Notes: generated by a model not told the origin, from the sequence alone. Positions 49,401-60,082 are shown, numbered from the stretch's first letter. The stretch: DNA of 64,000 nucleotides from a virus (IMGVR_UViG_3300002835_000015:1-64000); one strand, 5' to 3'. A program made the numbers and translations.

Positions 49401-52400
49401 GTTCCAGTTATATATTCTCATAATTGGCCTCTTATTTTTGGTTCTTATACGCCAGACTGTGATGACGTAGCTTTTGAATCTAAACCAACAAAAAATCAAG
49501 AGCCAATTCCAATACTAGTCGCCGCAGAAAAAGTAAGACAAGAAATTATATATCCAGCAGTACCGGCATCTTCGGGATATGAAATTATATATGAAGATAT
49601 TTCTTCTAACTCTATCATACATGAATTTGGTAGTCCAGATGATGGTGCTGAAACTAGTTTTTCTTATGGTCTAAATAGTCAAGAAGGGATTGACTATAAT
49701 TCTATAGAGTACAATATAACTAATAGGCAAAATACTGAATTATTCTATAAACCATTAGATGATCTTGGTGGATTATTGCAAGCTAAAGGTATTGCAAAGA
49801 TAGATGTAGTTCCATATTTATACAAAGAGCAAATCTCAGATAGGGGCTATTTTGCTGTAGAATATTCTTACAAGAAACAAACATCTTCTAAGATAGATAT
49901 TATAGCAAATTTTGAAATTGAATCTAAGTTTGCAGAGGGTGCTGGAGATGCCAATATTTTGTTTTATCAAAATTTAGCATCATCTTCTGAGACTAGGTTC
50001 AAAGAATCTAAGATAGCTCAATTGAATTGGAATGGTAGGCAATTTTTCTCTGATGCATACCCATATTCTCAGGCAAAAGGTGCTTTACAAATTGGAAATA
50101 ATCTTGAACAAAATGTATCTGTATTAAATAGCACATACAATGTAGCTTTTCTTCCGGGCATCAATGGGCAACCATCAAGTGACAATATGCAAAATTTAAC
50201 TGAATGGTTATCATTTGGGAATAAACGCTTGATTATAACGTGTGAAAATACTCTGTCTAGCATAAAAGAAGCCCAAAAGCTATGTGAAACTTTAGAAATA
50301 AATTTAGAGTTACTTACCAATTATTACAACGATAATATTTCTGTCGGTTTTGGATCTTTAACCATAAATCAAAATCACAGAATTGGTGGTAATAATTTTA
50401 CAAATGTAAGAACGATTTTTAGAAATATCGAAGATCCAAACCCCAAATTAATTACGAGTTTATCATCATTTAATTGTGGCGGTCTTTCGTTTTATGCATT
50501 TAAGCTTAATGAAAATGCTATCCCTTTAGCATATCTTGACAGTCCAATTTATGATTACATTCCTAAAGAATATAACAATAATAATTGGGATGTTAATGCC
50601 GGTATAGTAAAATTAAATGTTCCAGTTTTACCGGGATCGGGATATAGATTATTTATCAACTCTGAAGCTCTAGATACTTCAGAAACAGTAAATTTAACAA
50701 TAGATGTAGAAAATGCTTCTTTGTTCCCAAAGATGCCGTATCCAGATTTATCATCCGCATTTATACCAGAGCTAGATAGTAATAGAGAAACATTCGACTC
50801 CAAAAATATTACTACCTCATTTTATAGTTTGAAATGTAACTCTCCAATTTTTAAAGATATTCAAGTTGGTGATACTAATAATATTAACATTTATATTTCA
50901 TGTGTGTCACCTAGACTGAAAAGTGATTATGTTCCAAAGAGCGTAAGATTATTAGGTATATCTGGCGTACCAATTCCAGTATATGAAAAAATTACTACAT
51001 CCACTGTTCAAATACCAGTTGGAGGATTTCTTTATAGAATATCTGACCCAATAGATGAAAGTAGAGAGATAATAGATGTTGTTAGAACAATAAGTACAGA
51101 TAATACAAAATACTGTAAATCTGGATGTGAGTTTTTAGGTAATCAATTAATAGAAGATGGTCCAGTAGTAGCGGCCCAAGAGCTAGAAATATTTTCATCT
51201 TTTGAAGCCGGATTTGCAAGATCAAGAGTCACTGTAATAACAGATTCTAGTATTGTGCAGGGTAGATATTTAATTGATGAAAATGAAACAATAGTAAAGA
51301 GTACTTACGATTTTATTAGAAGTTTGTATCCAGAGACTTATTTTTTCTCAGAAAGATCTGGAAGACAAGTTGATGTCTATAATAAACTTATATCTCCAGA
51401 ACGCGGAAGCCCAACTAAATATCATTCCCGAGCAACAAATCTTGGATTAAATAAGAATTTTGGTAATTTTATTAATGCTCCTTCTGCGCCTATAAATGGT
51501 AATGAATCAAAATATATTCCTAAATATGTTACTAGACCCAAACTTCCTTGGGAAGATGAAATAGATCCTAAGAAAGTAGAAGAAATTAAAAATCAATTTA
51601 TAAGTGGATTTTTACCACAACAATTTCAACACTCTGCTGTATCAAGAATAAGTGGTATTATAGATGGGGTTTCTTACTCTGATGCTACTGTAATAGGTGG
51701 AGTTCCTCAAATCTTGAAAGACAAAGGTTATGATTATCTTGATCTTGATAAATTTCCATCTGGATACCCCGGAGATTTATTTGGATATTCCATTGCCGTA
51801 AAAGGAAAAAAGATTTTAGTTGGCTCCCCATTTTCTGCATTTAATTCAGAAACAATAACACCGTGGAGTAATAATGTTTCATTACGTTTAGGATCAGATG
51901 GTGGTGCTGGTGCTGTTTATATGTTTGAAAAGTCTTCTGATAGTAAATGGGTTAATTCTAATAAATTTAGACCACAATCACTCATGGGACAGTTAAGTGG
52001 AGTAGGAATTTATTCTGACCAGTTTGGCCATTCGGTAGATATACAGAATGATGTTATAGTGGTTGGCTCACCTAATCACAGTTATGGAAATTACTATGAT
52101 TTTATTTATAACAATGGATCATTTTCTAGAAAGAACTTTAATCCACAATTTGATATTCCAGACTTGAAAGTTTATGATCTTGGATATTCTGGAGTTAGAA
52201 ATAGCTTGAATGTAAATAATGCTTATAATAAAAACGCTGGAGCAGTTTACGTTTATGAGAATAAGATTACAGATTGGGAAAATAAAAAACAATCTTGGAC
52301 TCTTGTAGAAAAACTTGTATCTAATCCATCTAATCCAAACGTAGCAAAATACTTTAATGGAAGTGGAGAGAGATTTGGAAATAATGTATATATTACTAGG

Positions 52401-53048
52401 CCATACAGAACTGATGCTGATTATTGTATATTTGCTGGATGTGGATTTGCATCTGGAGTTTCCAAAATTAATGTAGGGGCATCGTATGCAAAAGATATCA
52501 TGCTTAGATCACAAAAGCCTTCTATACCAAGTAGTTCTGCTTGGATATCTGCCAAAGTGTTTGGTAATAGGGATGCTAATGGAGATCCAACAGTCACATT
52601 AGATTTTAATAATATTGGAGATAGTAAAAAATATTATGCAAGTGGCATTGTTATTGCAAATGAAAATGGAACTTTATTTATAGAAGTTTCTGGTCAAGAC
52701 CCGTCAACAAAAGGCTTCATATCTCATAGACCATATATTGAATCTGTTTATGGGTATTACCAATACGGCAAGCTTATGGAGGTTGCTACACCTCTGTATG
52801 TTAGCGGCGGATATATATCCCCAAGCTCTCAAATGCCATTAACTATAAATGTGGAAAATTCTGCATATGTGTATAATACTGTAGGATTGTATAGTGAGGT
52901 AAAATCTGGTGATATTTCTACATATCCATCTGGATTGCCTCTATTTATAGAACCCCCATCCGGGGTATCTCTTGAGTACTTGAATTTGTATTCTAGCGGG
53001 ACAGGAAGTCAAAACGACAATCTTAACTTAAGTATAAGAGGTAAATAA
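46407..53048 (+). CDS. Giant tail-associated protein with a dispersed seven-repeat FG-GAP beta-propeller and inserted domains
   Basis: FG-GAP-like starts at about 46869, 47178, 48108, 48480, 51780, 52023 and 52374. DxSxS motif at 47706-47720. Confidence 0.7.
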   Translation: MNRCTEAIVDIHGIRWYYPEICVDGGVFRAKNTYTNLTFPSGSFKHTLTSVNYISTEDGLSVSTEDNNPIRTELLDVSYNPMPYSGHFYGIRKYTGLAPNLPYTINITGKSGSSSAINIPTEIIEMEYNKNENYGITNDYAGFRLADNIESSGQFGKSIASKSDLLAIGCPKLSITSQNITYKDAGSVFLYRRNPRPFTIDWPINNYKSDWVLETQLTLPSGFIGDYYKKEEVGIGGLSSDFKGIRTSWFVGQNGRQFGHSLDLSVNNSRKSLGENKQEILVVGGVGAKWDRTFEEIPISGVSVGLFIFTDEFESVIPAPVPDNPLRKITYQDILLHIYGKDEVFYYFSDPRVKFDVKIMICVPTLGLDADDPVFPDKPDFITLKRISKNYGYPVSEESISGTLDGIRSAFLEAFPYSNNLNSGIPPMIGMCIDGSLSMGGREALEPAIDRFIDFYKSYSFASGLKDFYNVPSSGFVYEIISENSDSNWINMSKSILNEVLDTGNLFKNDQVRFFSNSVGTFNGNDKDFNIPPDSGGKVFIFEKESGCWNLIQAINSPNVTREYNDRFGHDVAISDNGEVIVIGSPYINQAVMAYERNYAARDMFYYGLPAWIQSNRSEKYAIPLEKYYKSPSRLDDIKALYLSIDQDDKFQSRLDMGIEEYQNIYTYEHSSMQPVGSWSFIAAEHAPTPRLGYSVATNEDGSVIVAGAPTDSLNFYNDADVYYAYNSSFKGKYYGTGYVDPSGLITGPVNSSWSSSLYAGSAHVFESRKYYPHNRAIEYGRFGNLHENISNNTADSGHFHYISQIFSDKNFTKTDFDNSEIPNDAGLVFIITPAVNALSDEVVNNIKNWLALGDRNLVLVANDPIWEASGIYGKSNEILNNLLDRLQSRMRIVPARNHYESLPSGYTSFNNIVPSVIPQGSTYTYVNRSPARASGVADIKVFFSYDEQMSCKPVPGCSLELESQQIQTRCEMPLRNYGDLRASWNELCCKSTPNGTLVPVIYSHNWPLIFGSYTPDCDDVAFESKPTKNQEPIPILVAAEKVRQEIIYPAVPASSGYEIIYEDISSNSIIHEFGSPDDGAETSFSYGLNSQEGIDYNSIEYNITNRQNTELFYKPLDDLGGLLQAKGIAKIDVVPYLYKEQISDRGYFAVEYSYKKQTSSKIDIIANFEIESKFAEGAGDANILFYQNLASSSETRFKESKIAQLNWNGRQFFSDAYPYSQAKGALQIGNNLEQNVSVLNSTYNVAFLPGINGQPSSDNMQNLTEWLSFGNKRLIITCENTLSSIKEAQKLCETLEINLELLTNYYNDNISVGFGSLTINQNHRIGGNNFTNVRTIFRNIEDPNPKLITSLSSFNCGGLSFYAFKLNENAIPLAYLDSPIYDYIPKEYNNNNWDVNAGIVKLNVPVLPGSGYRLFINSEALDTSETVNLTIDVENASLFPKMPYPDLSSAFIPELDSNRETFDSKNITTSFYSLKCNSPIFKDIQVGDTNNINIYISCVSPRLKSDYVPKSVRLLGISGVPIPVYEKITTSTVQIPVGGFLYRISDPIDESREIIDVVRTISTDNTKYCKSGCEFLGNQLIEDGPVVAAQELEIFSSFEAGFARSRVTVITDSSIVQGRYLIDENETIVKSTYDFIRSLYPETYFFSERSGRQVDVYNKLISPERGSPTKYHSRATNLGLNKNFGNFINAPSAPINGNESKYIPKYVTRPKLPWEDEIDPKKVEEIKNQFISGFLPQQFQHSAVSRISGIIDGVSYSDATVIGGVPQILKDKGYDYLDLDKFPSGYPGDLFGYSIAVKGKKILVGSPFSAFNSETITPWSNNVSLRLGSDGGAGAVYMFEKSSDSKWVNSNKFRPQSLMGQLSGVGIYSDQFGHSVDIQNDVIVVGSPNHSYGNYYDFIYNNGSFSRKNFNPQFDIPDLKVYDLGYSGVRNSLNVNNAYNKNAGAVYVYENKITDWENKKQSWTLVEKLVSNPSNPNVAKYFNGSGERFGNNVYITRPYRTDADYCIFAGCGFASGVSKINVGASYAKDIMLRSQKPSIPSSSAWISAKVFGNRDANGDPTVTLDFNNIGDSKKYYASGIVIANENGTLFIEVSGQDPSTKGFISHRPYIESVYGYYQYGKLMEVATPLYVSGGYISPSSQMPLTINVENSAYVYNTVGLYSEVKSGDISTYPSGLPLFIEPPSGVSLEYLNLYSSGTGSQNDNLNLSIRGK
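52869..52878 (+). promoter_or_regulatory. Possible intragenic late promoter GTGTATAATA for the downstream tail-tip genes
   Basis: Exact motif match about 170 nt upstream of 53048, where overlapping genes leave no intergenic space. Confidence 0.4.
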
Positions 53049-54898
53049 TGCTAGCTATTTATTATGATGAAGCTACAGCCTGCATTCTTAGGCCCACTCC
53101 GCTTATTTCTATAACTCAAAATGTTATTAGGAATAAGGCTGGTATGCTTGGTAGTTATTACGATATCACTTTAAATGGCACTATTCTCCCAGACGAAGGT
53201 TCCCCGTTTTATGTAACTGGCGGCGGTTCTGCAAACCACAACTCTCCAGCTACAGTACAGTCGGCGTTTTCTTCACTCTACTCAACGCCGCCAAAAGAAG
53301 CAGTACATTTTGATAATTATATGAGTTCTATTATTCATAAGCAGAATTTACTTAGAGAGTTGTTTAAGCGTGACGGTCAACTTGTTGAATTATTACCAGT
53401 TAGTGTAAGAACCGAATCAGACAGTGCAATGACGGATAATCCCGTTTTGAAGTTTCACCCCACAGTACAGTCTATTTCTTTTGAAGAAGGTATTTATGTT
53501 ACCAATTGCAAATATACTATTAATTTACGTGCAGAAGTATTATTAGACAACTCTAACAATATAATATCAGACGGTATTACCAATTCTACAATATGGCCAA
53601 CGGGTTCGGATAGAATTCCAATAAGAGCCAATGATAGAAATTTGAAAATTGTAAATGCGTTAAATGCCAGCGGTTTTGTTGAAGACTATAGCGAAAGTTG
53701 GTCTATAGAAGTAGAGGAAGGCAACGGAACAACTAATACCGCCGCCCCAATTACGACAGCTTTACCAACTAATCATATAGGATCACTCAGAACATATAGA
53801 GTGACTCGTAATATAACCGCAACTGGCCGCACAATGTATTATTCAGAAAATGGTTCAAAGGTAATTAAAAGAAGAGAGGCTTGGGAGCAAGCAAAGCAAT
53901 ACATATATAATACAGTTTTAAAAGATCAAGATAATATTTCAACAAACAACTCTACTGGATATGAACAATTTCCAGAATATACTTTAGGCCCATATTTTGG
54001 AAGTGGATATCTTAATATTGCTAAAGATATTTGGGGAGGATATAATCATTTAAGAACTGAATCTATAGATACCACGGCTGGAACTGTTACCATAAATGAT
54101 ACTTGGTTAATGTCAAGTGGCAATGCTTATGAAAACTATAATCTATCAGTATCAAAAAGTTATGATAACGCATTACATAAAGTTAGCATAGACGGAAAAA
54201 TAAAGGGCTTGTCTAGCGTACATGCTGGATCAACACAATACGGCGGCTCTAATACAAGCACAGCAACTCAATATGGAAACGCTCCACTAAACACCGCTCA
54301 CGAAAATGCAAGATACAAATGGAATCAAGTGAGTAATACTGGAGTTTATGGGCCAAACTGTTATTTATTTAGACGCGCACAAGCCTTAATGCACTTGCCG
54401 CTGAATTATATACCTTTATCAATATCATTATCTTCTAATGAATTCACGGGTGAAATAGATTACAATGTTGAATATGACACAAGACTTCAAAATGTAGTAA
54501 GTGGCACTTTATCAGAAAGTATAACTTGCAGCGACACATATCCGGGTGATGTTTTTGCTGTTATACCAGTTATTGGAAGACAACACGGGCCAGTATTACA
54601 ATATGTCGGCGGAAGAACAGAGTATCAAAGAAATTTAAGTATAGAATTGGTGATGGACAAATATTATACTTCTGGAAATGGCTCTTTAGTTAATAGGATA
54701 AGACAACAATCCGTTTTATCAAAACCAAGTTTAAACGAACCTTTTAAGGGTCAAATTAATTCTATCATTCATGCGTATAGTCCAGTACAAGAAGCTAATA
54801 TAAGAAAATATTTCGTTAGCCCGCCATCAGAAACTTGGGATCCAAGCACCGGAAGATATTCATTACAAATCAATTGGACTTATGAGGTAGGTAGGTAA
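53048..54898 (+). CDS. Putative distal-tail/hub-type structural protein
   Basis: Beta-rich repeated tube-fold-like segments (YDITLNGT, ESWSIE, VSIDGKIKGL, ETWDP.TGRYS.QINWTYE), located in the tail-tip cluster. Confidence 0.45.
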   Translation: MLAIYYDEATACILRPTPLISITQNVIRNKAGMLGSYYDITLNGTILPDEGSPFYVTGGGSANHNSPATVQSAFSSLYSTPPKEAVHFDNYMSSIIHKQNLLRELFKRDGQLVELLPVSVRTESDSAMTDNPVLKFHPTVQSISFEEGIYVTNCKYTINLRAEVLLDNSNNIISDGITNSTIWPTGSDRIPIRANDRNLKIVNALNASGFVEDYSESWSIEVEEGNGTTNTAAPITTALPTNHIGSLRTYRVTRNITATGRTMYYSENGSKVIKRREAWEQAKQYIYNTVLKDQDNISTNNSTGYEQFPEYTLGPYFGSGYLNIAKDIWGGYNHLRTESIDTTAGTVTINDTWLMSSGNAYENYNLSVSKSYDNALHKVSIDGKIKGLSSVHAGSTQYGGSNTSTATQYGNAPLNTAHENARYKWNQVSNTGVYGPNCYLFRRAQALMHLPLNYIPLSISLSSNEFTGEIDYNVEYDTRLQNVVSGTLSESITCSDTYPGDVFAVIPVIGRQHGPVLQYVGGRTEYQRNLSIELVMDKYYTSGNGSLVNRIRQQSVLSKPSLNEPFKGQINSIIHAYSPVQEANIRKYFVSPPSETWDPSTGRYSLQINWTYEVGR

Positions 54899-54902
54899 TA
54901 AA

Positions 54903-55316
54903 ATGCCAACAAGATCTGAAAATACTAATATAAATCCATCTGAACTTGTACCCGCAGGAGATAGAAAAATATCTCGGCAATTGATGGATAATATATCTGG
55001 TGTGACTCATGGATATACATATGATAGTGTATCAGTAACTAGACCTCCAAGCCCTCTAACTCCAAACGGATTAATTTTTGCTACTACTGGAGTATCAAAT
55101 GGCTATGCTTCTACTGTTAGCGGTATAACTAATTTTACTGCTTACAATGACTATATACATTATGCTCCTGTTGGTGCTGGTGGTAGCCTTGGTGGAGCTT
55201 TAACTGGGGCGGGTATAACTAATGTTGTATCACCACCAGCTAGATTTAATGTATTTAACAATTTAGTCAAAGCAAATTTTAGATTTGAAATTTATACTAG
55301 GCAATATAGAACATGA
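54903..55316 (+). CDS. Hypothetical virion protein
   Basis: AGGT RBS, with an ATGA overlap to the next gene. Confidence 0.6.
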   Translation: MPTRSENTNINPSELVPAGDRKISRQLMDNISGVTHGYTYDSVSVTRPPSPLTPNGLIFATTGVSNGYASTVSGITNFTAYNDYIHYAPVGAGGSLGGALTGAGITNVVSPPARFNVFNNLVKANFRFEIYTRQYRT

Positions 55317-58300
55317 CTACTAGATCAGAATTAACATCGGGGATTTACGGGAATCCAAATCCAGTGCCAAGGGTACAGGCTGGAATTTTAAATCCTACTG
55401 ACACTTCTAAAGTTTCTTCTATCATTCCATCTAGTGGATGGTACGGAGTTAATTGGCCCCGATATAGTGGTAGTGTTATACCACAAGGTATTTCAACTGG
55501 AGGTTGGGTTTTAGACCCTACGACTAAGGATACATATGATAGGGGATATCCTCAACAAACATTTCTTGGAGCTTCTATATGTAATTTTAGTATGAATGGT
55601 GGCTTTGGTGATAGTAGCTCAACATTGTCGTTAGATCTAGTTGCTGATGAATATAATAACTCTGATAATACCGCGCAGGGGGCGGGAGATGATGTTTATC
55701 ATAGTGGACTTGGTGATAGATTTGTACCACCTATGGCTGGCAGTCCAGTATTTTTTAAATTTGGGCAAAACTTTGCTACGGTAGAAGAAGCTTATAGATA
55801 TACCTTTGATACTATATACAGAACTAACACCATTCAACCAGCATCTATAACTCAGGGCGGAACTTTCAACAAAGATAACTTTACATCTTTGGGAGCAAAT
55901 CAATATGTTAATTTGTCTAATAATGGTATCTATAATTTTACTCAGGCTGTTACTAATCAATATGTAAGAGGATCTGGCCACATAGTATTTGGTGGTATCC
56001 TGCAATCCTATATACAAAACCGTGGCCCCGGTGGGAGTCCAACATATTCTGTGCAAGTCACAGACCCAAGAGAGATACTATCAAATGTAACAGTAATTTT
56101 GAACAACTATGCCGGAAGTACATTCAATACAAAAAATATCTTTAATGTCTATGGATTTTTAGAACATAATGTTTCGACTACACTTTCTGGACAATTAATG
56201 GGATATTTTGGTGGATTTAATCTGTTAAAAAAGTTTGTAAATCCGACAAATGGATTTGTTAGTTATAGTGGCGAACAATATCCAAAAGATTTTGTTGATT
56301 GTTGGGTTGGTAATGCACCATTCCCAGCCTTTGGTGCTACCAAGTCAGCATTTCCTTTTACTGGCACTGGCATGTCTAGAAGAGGATCTCAGGGTATTCC
56401 ATATTATCGCCTTGCTCAAGCGATGAATGCATTAATGTCTATTCAATATCCTTTACCGCAAGAATATATTAAAAAAGGATTTGGTGGTACTATAAATTTT
56501 CGTGGATATAATTATGTTGTTGATTTTAGTGGACTCCCTAATTTACCACCTTTATACTATTTAGATTTTGATCAAATAAATCTACTAGACTTAGCACTTG
56601 AGGTTTGTGAGGTCGCTAGCAGAGACTTGTTTGTTTCTTTGCTGCCAGTAATAAATCATCCTGCGTGTCAACATTTATATAATAGCCAACAAGGTGGTTC
56701 ATTTACTGGTCTAAATGCTATACCCAGTGGTTTAATAGCTGGAATTATAAGACTAGATAGTATTGATAGATCCTCGCCCCCAAATTATGGTGCAATTAAA
56801 CGATACATAGATAACTTATCTAATGCTGGAATATATGTAGAAAATCAAGATATTGGTTATGAGCTTTCTAACGTTACAACTGATAAGTTTGTTACTGGCG
56901 CACAAGAAGTTGATATGTATTGTTTTTCTACTAATTCTGATAGAGGAATAGTGAACGCTAGGAGTAGACGTAGCGGTGGTGAGGGTAACGATGCTGATTG
57001 GCAACAATGGACACTTGAAAAACAAGTTGAACAACAGATTTTACCCTATTATGGAACTTTAGGTCAAAGTGCTGTGACTATTCCCAAAGGTTGGGGTGCT
57101 TATCAACAAGTATTATTAGATGCTACAACATTAAATGCTAAAGGTGTTGGAGCATACTATGTAACAACAGAAATGGAGCTACGATGTGCTTCAGTATCGT
57201 ATGAATGCTGGAAGAATTTTTTACAACAATATAATGATACATATTTAGAATCTATAGAAGACGATGATACATTTGAGGGAGCCGCCCTTAATCAGACCCC
57301 TAATTTTGGTGGAGTTCCAGCGCGCTCAATAGCTACAAATTATGCCGTTACAGTTCCACGTTCCGTATTTGATACTTACACTGCTTCTGGCTCACGGTTT
57401 GGTCAAGATAATTTGCCTGCTAGTCCATGCAATCCTCCATATGGATATCCACTATATTATAAAAGAATGACTAAGTTAGGAATACCAGAAGGAGGATTAA
57501 CAAAATTACAATCCCGGTTAACTGGATTTATTACTGCCGCCGCGACTATTAGAGGTGCAGATGCAGATAGTTGGGAAGATATTAGAAATTCTGTATTAGC
57601 AGAATTAGAACAGATTAATTATGGTGAGTTGACTCAGCAAGAACAAACTTTTTATACTACCATTAAAAACGAGTTACAAAAAAATCCTCCAAATTTAGAA
57701 ATGTTGAATGGCATAGATGAAGGATTGCATAAAATTGGCGCGGTTTTACCAAGATTAGCAAAGAAGGGGACAGAAAATGCATTAAAAGTATATGAGTTTT
57801 TGAAAAAAATAGCTGATGAAAATTTAGGTAAAAAATTCTTAATAAAAATTCCTAGCAAGGTTAACTTTTTTTATGATGAAAATATAACTTGGAATAGTAG
57901 TTCAAATGGCGGTGAATATTTGACCGGCCCATTTGGTTTCAAGCCTAGGCCGGTTACATCTGGAATATATGAAGAGTTCTCCGCAGATTTTAAAAATGGA
58001 TATATTGCAAAAAGAGATAATTCAAAAAATTCTATTAATTCATTTTTGACCAGCGGCATCGATACAAAACAAGATGATTATGTAGGGGCTTTGAAAGTCA
58101 ATTTTAATCCCATAGCTGATAAATATGAATTCAATTATTCTCCTAGTAATTTAGGTGGATACTTTCCATTTGATTTATATACTAATACTTTAAGCTATAA
58201 AGATATACAGAAATTACCACCGAGTGTTCAACCAAAGGCTGTTTTTCAACAATTGATTCCACAGGATGCTAGTAATTTCATAGATGAAAATGGTAGGCTT

Positions 58301-60067
58301 TCAGCATATGTAAGGTTTGATCACAGTCAACATTTGACACTCAATTCTATGAACGCAGAAGATTTTACTCAACAGCTTATTACTGCTAGAGGTATGATTC
58401 CAGATCTATGTGAATTTTTAGATAATGTTGGCGAAGATGTATGGACATCTTTTAACGACGCAGATGCTAGCCGCAGAGACAATAACCCATCAGCTTCAAA
58501 GCAGTGCTTGTTTGTAAAGTGCAATGTTGATGAAAAGTTTTATTTAGCACCAAAGTTAGGATTTCGCCCAATACAAATATTCGGAGGTAGCACAACACAA
58601 AAATCAAAAGTATCTCGTCCAAGAAAAATTTTCATACCATGCTCTGGCTGGAAGGCTGGATCTTCGCCACAAACTAGAACTCGCTCAGATTTAATTCCCG
58701 GTACTGGATGTTATATAGACAGTTACAATTTTATTGAATATAATTATTCTCCAACAATTGCCGGTGGAGATACTATTAATAGATTGGATTATGATAGGCC
58801 ATATTCAACAGAATTAAATAGTCATATAGTAAATACTTCTCTAGAATCATTAGACACTAGATTTGTTTATGCTCTGATTACATTACCAAATAAAGTGTTA
58901 CCTACAAAAGATTCAAGATATAGGGATGCTGTGGGTCAAGAGGGTGATACTAAAAGCGTCAAACATTATTTAACTATGGACGTTGTTAAAGGTTTGCCAG
59001 AATTCGGTGATATAGCATATGCCAACGAAGCAACGCAGGGTGCAAACAATATCACAGCATTCCCATCTGAAATTGCTAGCAGGGCGTGGTTAGCTGCTAA
59101 AAAAGCAAAGTATGCTATGCAATTTGGTTTTCCATATCAAATCCAAATGTCAGCACCGTCGCCAGTTTATCCAGATTTAGTTGTTTTGCCGCTAATGTCT
59201 CATGAAAGATGTTATGGTCCTTGGATTTCATCTCAAGTAGATCCACAGTCAAATGCATATGTAAATGTTGGTGGTAGAGTAGAGTTCATTAAAGATGAAA
59301 ATTTAGCACCTTGGAATTACTCTGGATACGAATTGATGAATGGTGCAGGAATATTACAAGCTCAATTTGCTAATAGCTTATTATTATTTTCAGAACGTGG
59401 AGGATTTACTTTTCCCGGCATTCCAAATAGATCACTTTGTCAAGCACTGGAAAATGGTGGACCATTAGTTACAAATATATCTGTTGATGTATCTAGTGCT
59501 GGATTAAAAACAACTTATAAATTAGATCTTTACACATCTAGTTTTGGTAAATTACAAAAACAAAAACAAGATATGATTTCTAAAATTAGTAGAGAACGCC
59601 AAAAGCTTAGAGATGAGAGAAATGCATTAATTAGAAAAGGAATCGGAAAATCACAATCTAGCATTAATACTGTCGGAGCTGCAAATTTATTTGGTAATAA
59701 TGGAACCCCAATGAGAACTCCCCAAATGAATAATTACATAGTAGCATCTGTAAATGAATATGAGAGTCAAGTATATGCTCCACTATTACAAAACTATAGC
59801 AATTTTGGTGATGGCCCTTCATCTCAAGGCGAGGGGGTTGTAGATCATGGATTTGCAGTTGGAAATACATCCGAAACAGACTTATTAGATTCAATGAATT
59901 ATTTTGCTGGAGAAAAAGGGAATTTATTATATAACAATCGCTCTTACAAAACCGGCGGGGCTTCTTACGATCAAATATTTAGTCCATATTCTGAAGAATA
60001 CAATCCAAACATGCCAAACTTTTTAAATATTAATCCAAATACAAGAAGAGGATTTTACGAGAGTTGA
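55313..60067 (+). CDS. Putative baseplate hub/tail-tip (Tal-like) protein
   Basis: QQTFLGASI..FS...GFG...STLSLDLV, FGGILQSY and YSV.VTDPREIL N-terminal hub-like motifs; C-terminal VTNISVDVS..GLKTTY; 1584 aa. Confidence 0.55.
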   Translation: MTTRSELTSGIYGNPNPVPRVQAGILNPTDTSKVSSIIPSSGWYGVNWPRYSGSVIPQGISTGGWVLDPTTKDTYDRGYPQQTFLGASICNFSMNGGFGDSSSTLSLDLVADEYNNSDNTAQGAGDDVYHSGLGDRFVPPMAGSPVFFKFGQNFATVEEAYRYTFDTIYRTNTIQPASITQGGTFNKDNFTSLGANQYVNLSNNGIYNFTQAVTNQYVRGSGHIVFGGILQSYIQNRGPGGSPTYSVQVTDPREILSNVTVILNNYAGSTFNTKNIFNVYGFLEHNVSTTLSGQLMGYFGGFNLLKKFVNPTNGFVSYSGEQYPKDFVDCWVGNAPFPAFGATKSAFPFTGTGMSRRGSQGIPYYRLAQAMNALMSIQYPLPQEYIKKGFGGTINFRGYNYVVDFSGLPNLPPLYYLDFDQINLLDLALEVCEVASRDLFVSLLPVINHPACQHLYNSQQGGSFTGLNAIPSGLIAGIIRLDSIDRSSPPNYGAIKRYIDNLSNAGIYVENQDIGYELSNVTTDKFVTGAQEVDMYCFSTNSDRGIVNARSRRSGGEGNDADWQQWTLEKQVEQQILPYYGTLGQSAVTIPKGWGAYQQVLLDATTLNAKGVGAYYVTTEMELRCASVSYECWKNFLQQYNDTYLESIEDDDTFEGAALNQTPNFGGVPARSIATNYAVTVPRSVFDTYTASGSRFGQDNLPASPCNPPYGYPLYYKRMTKLGIPEGGLTKLQSRLTGFITAAATIRGADADSWEDIRNSVLAELEQINYGELTQQEQTFYTTIKNELQKNPPNLEMLNGIDEGLHKIGAVLPRLAKKGTENALKVYEFLKKIADENLGKKFLIKIPSKVNFFYDENITWNSSSNGGEYLTGPFGFKPRPVTSGIYEEFSADFKNGYIAKRDNSKNSINSFLTSGIDTKQDDYVGALKVNFNPIADKYEFNYSPSNLGGYFPFDLYTNTLSYKDIQKLPPSVQPKAVFQQLIPQDASNFIDENGRLSAYVRFDHSQHLTLNSMNAEDFTQQLITARGMIPDLCEFLDNVGEDVWTSFNDADASRRDNNPSASKQCLFVKCNVDEKFYLAPKLGFRPIQIFGGSTTQKSKVSRPRKIFIPCSGWKAGSSPQTRTRSDLIPGTGCYIDSYNFIEYNYSPTIAGGDTINRLDYDRPYSTELNSHIVNTSLESLDTRFVYALITLPNKVLPTKDSRYRDAVGQEGDTKSVKHYLTMDVVKGLPEFGDIAYANEATQGANNITAFPSEIASRAWLAAKKAKYAMQFGFPYQIQMSAPSPVYPDLVVLPLMSHERCYGPWISSQVDPQSNAYVNVGGRVEFIKDENLAPWNYSGYELMNGAGILQAQFANSLLLFSERGGFTFPGIPNRSLCQALENGGPLVTNISVDVSSAGLKTTYKLDLYTSSFGKLQKQKQDMISKISRERQKLRDERNALIRKGIGKSQSSINTVGAANLFGNNGTPMRTPQMNNYIVASVNEYESQVYAPLLQNYSNFGDGPSSQGEGVVDHGFAVGNTSETDLLDSMNYFAGEKGNLLYNNRSYKTGGASYDQIFSPYSEEYNPNMPNFLNINPNTRRGFYES

Positions 60068-60082
60068 AACAAAGGAAAATAT

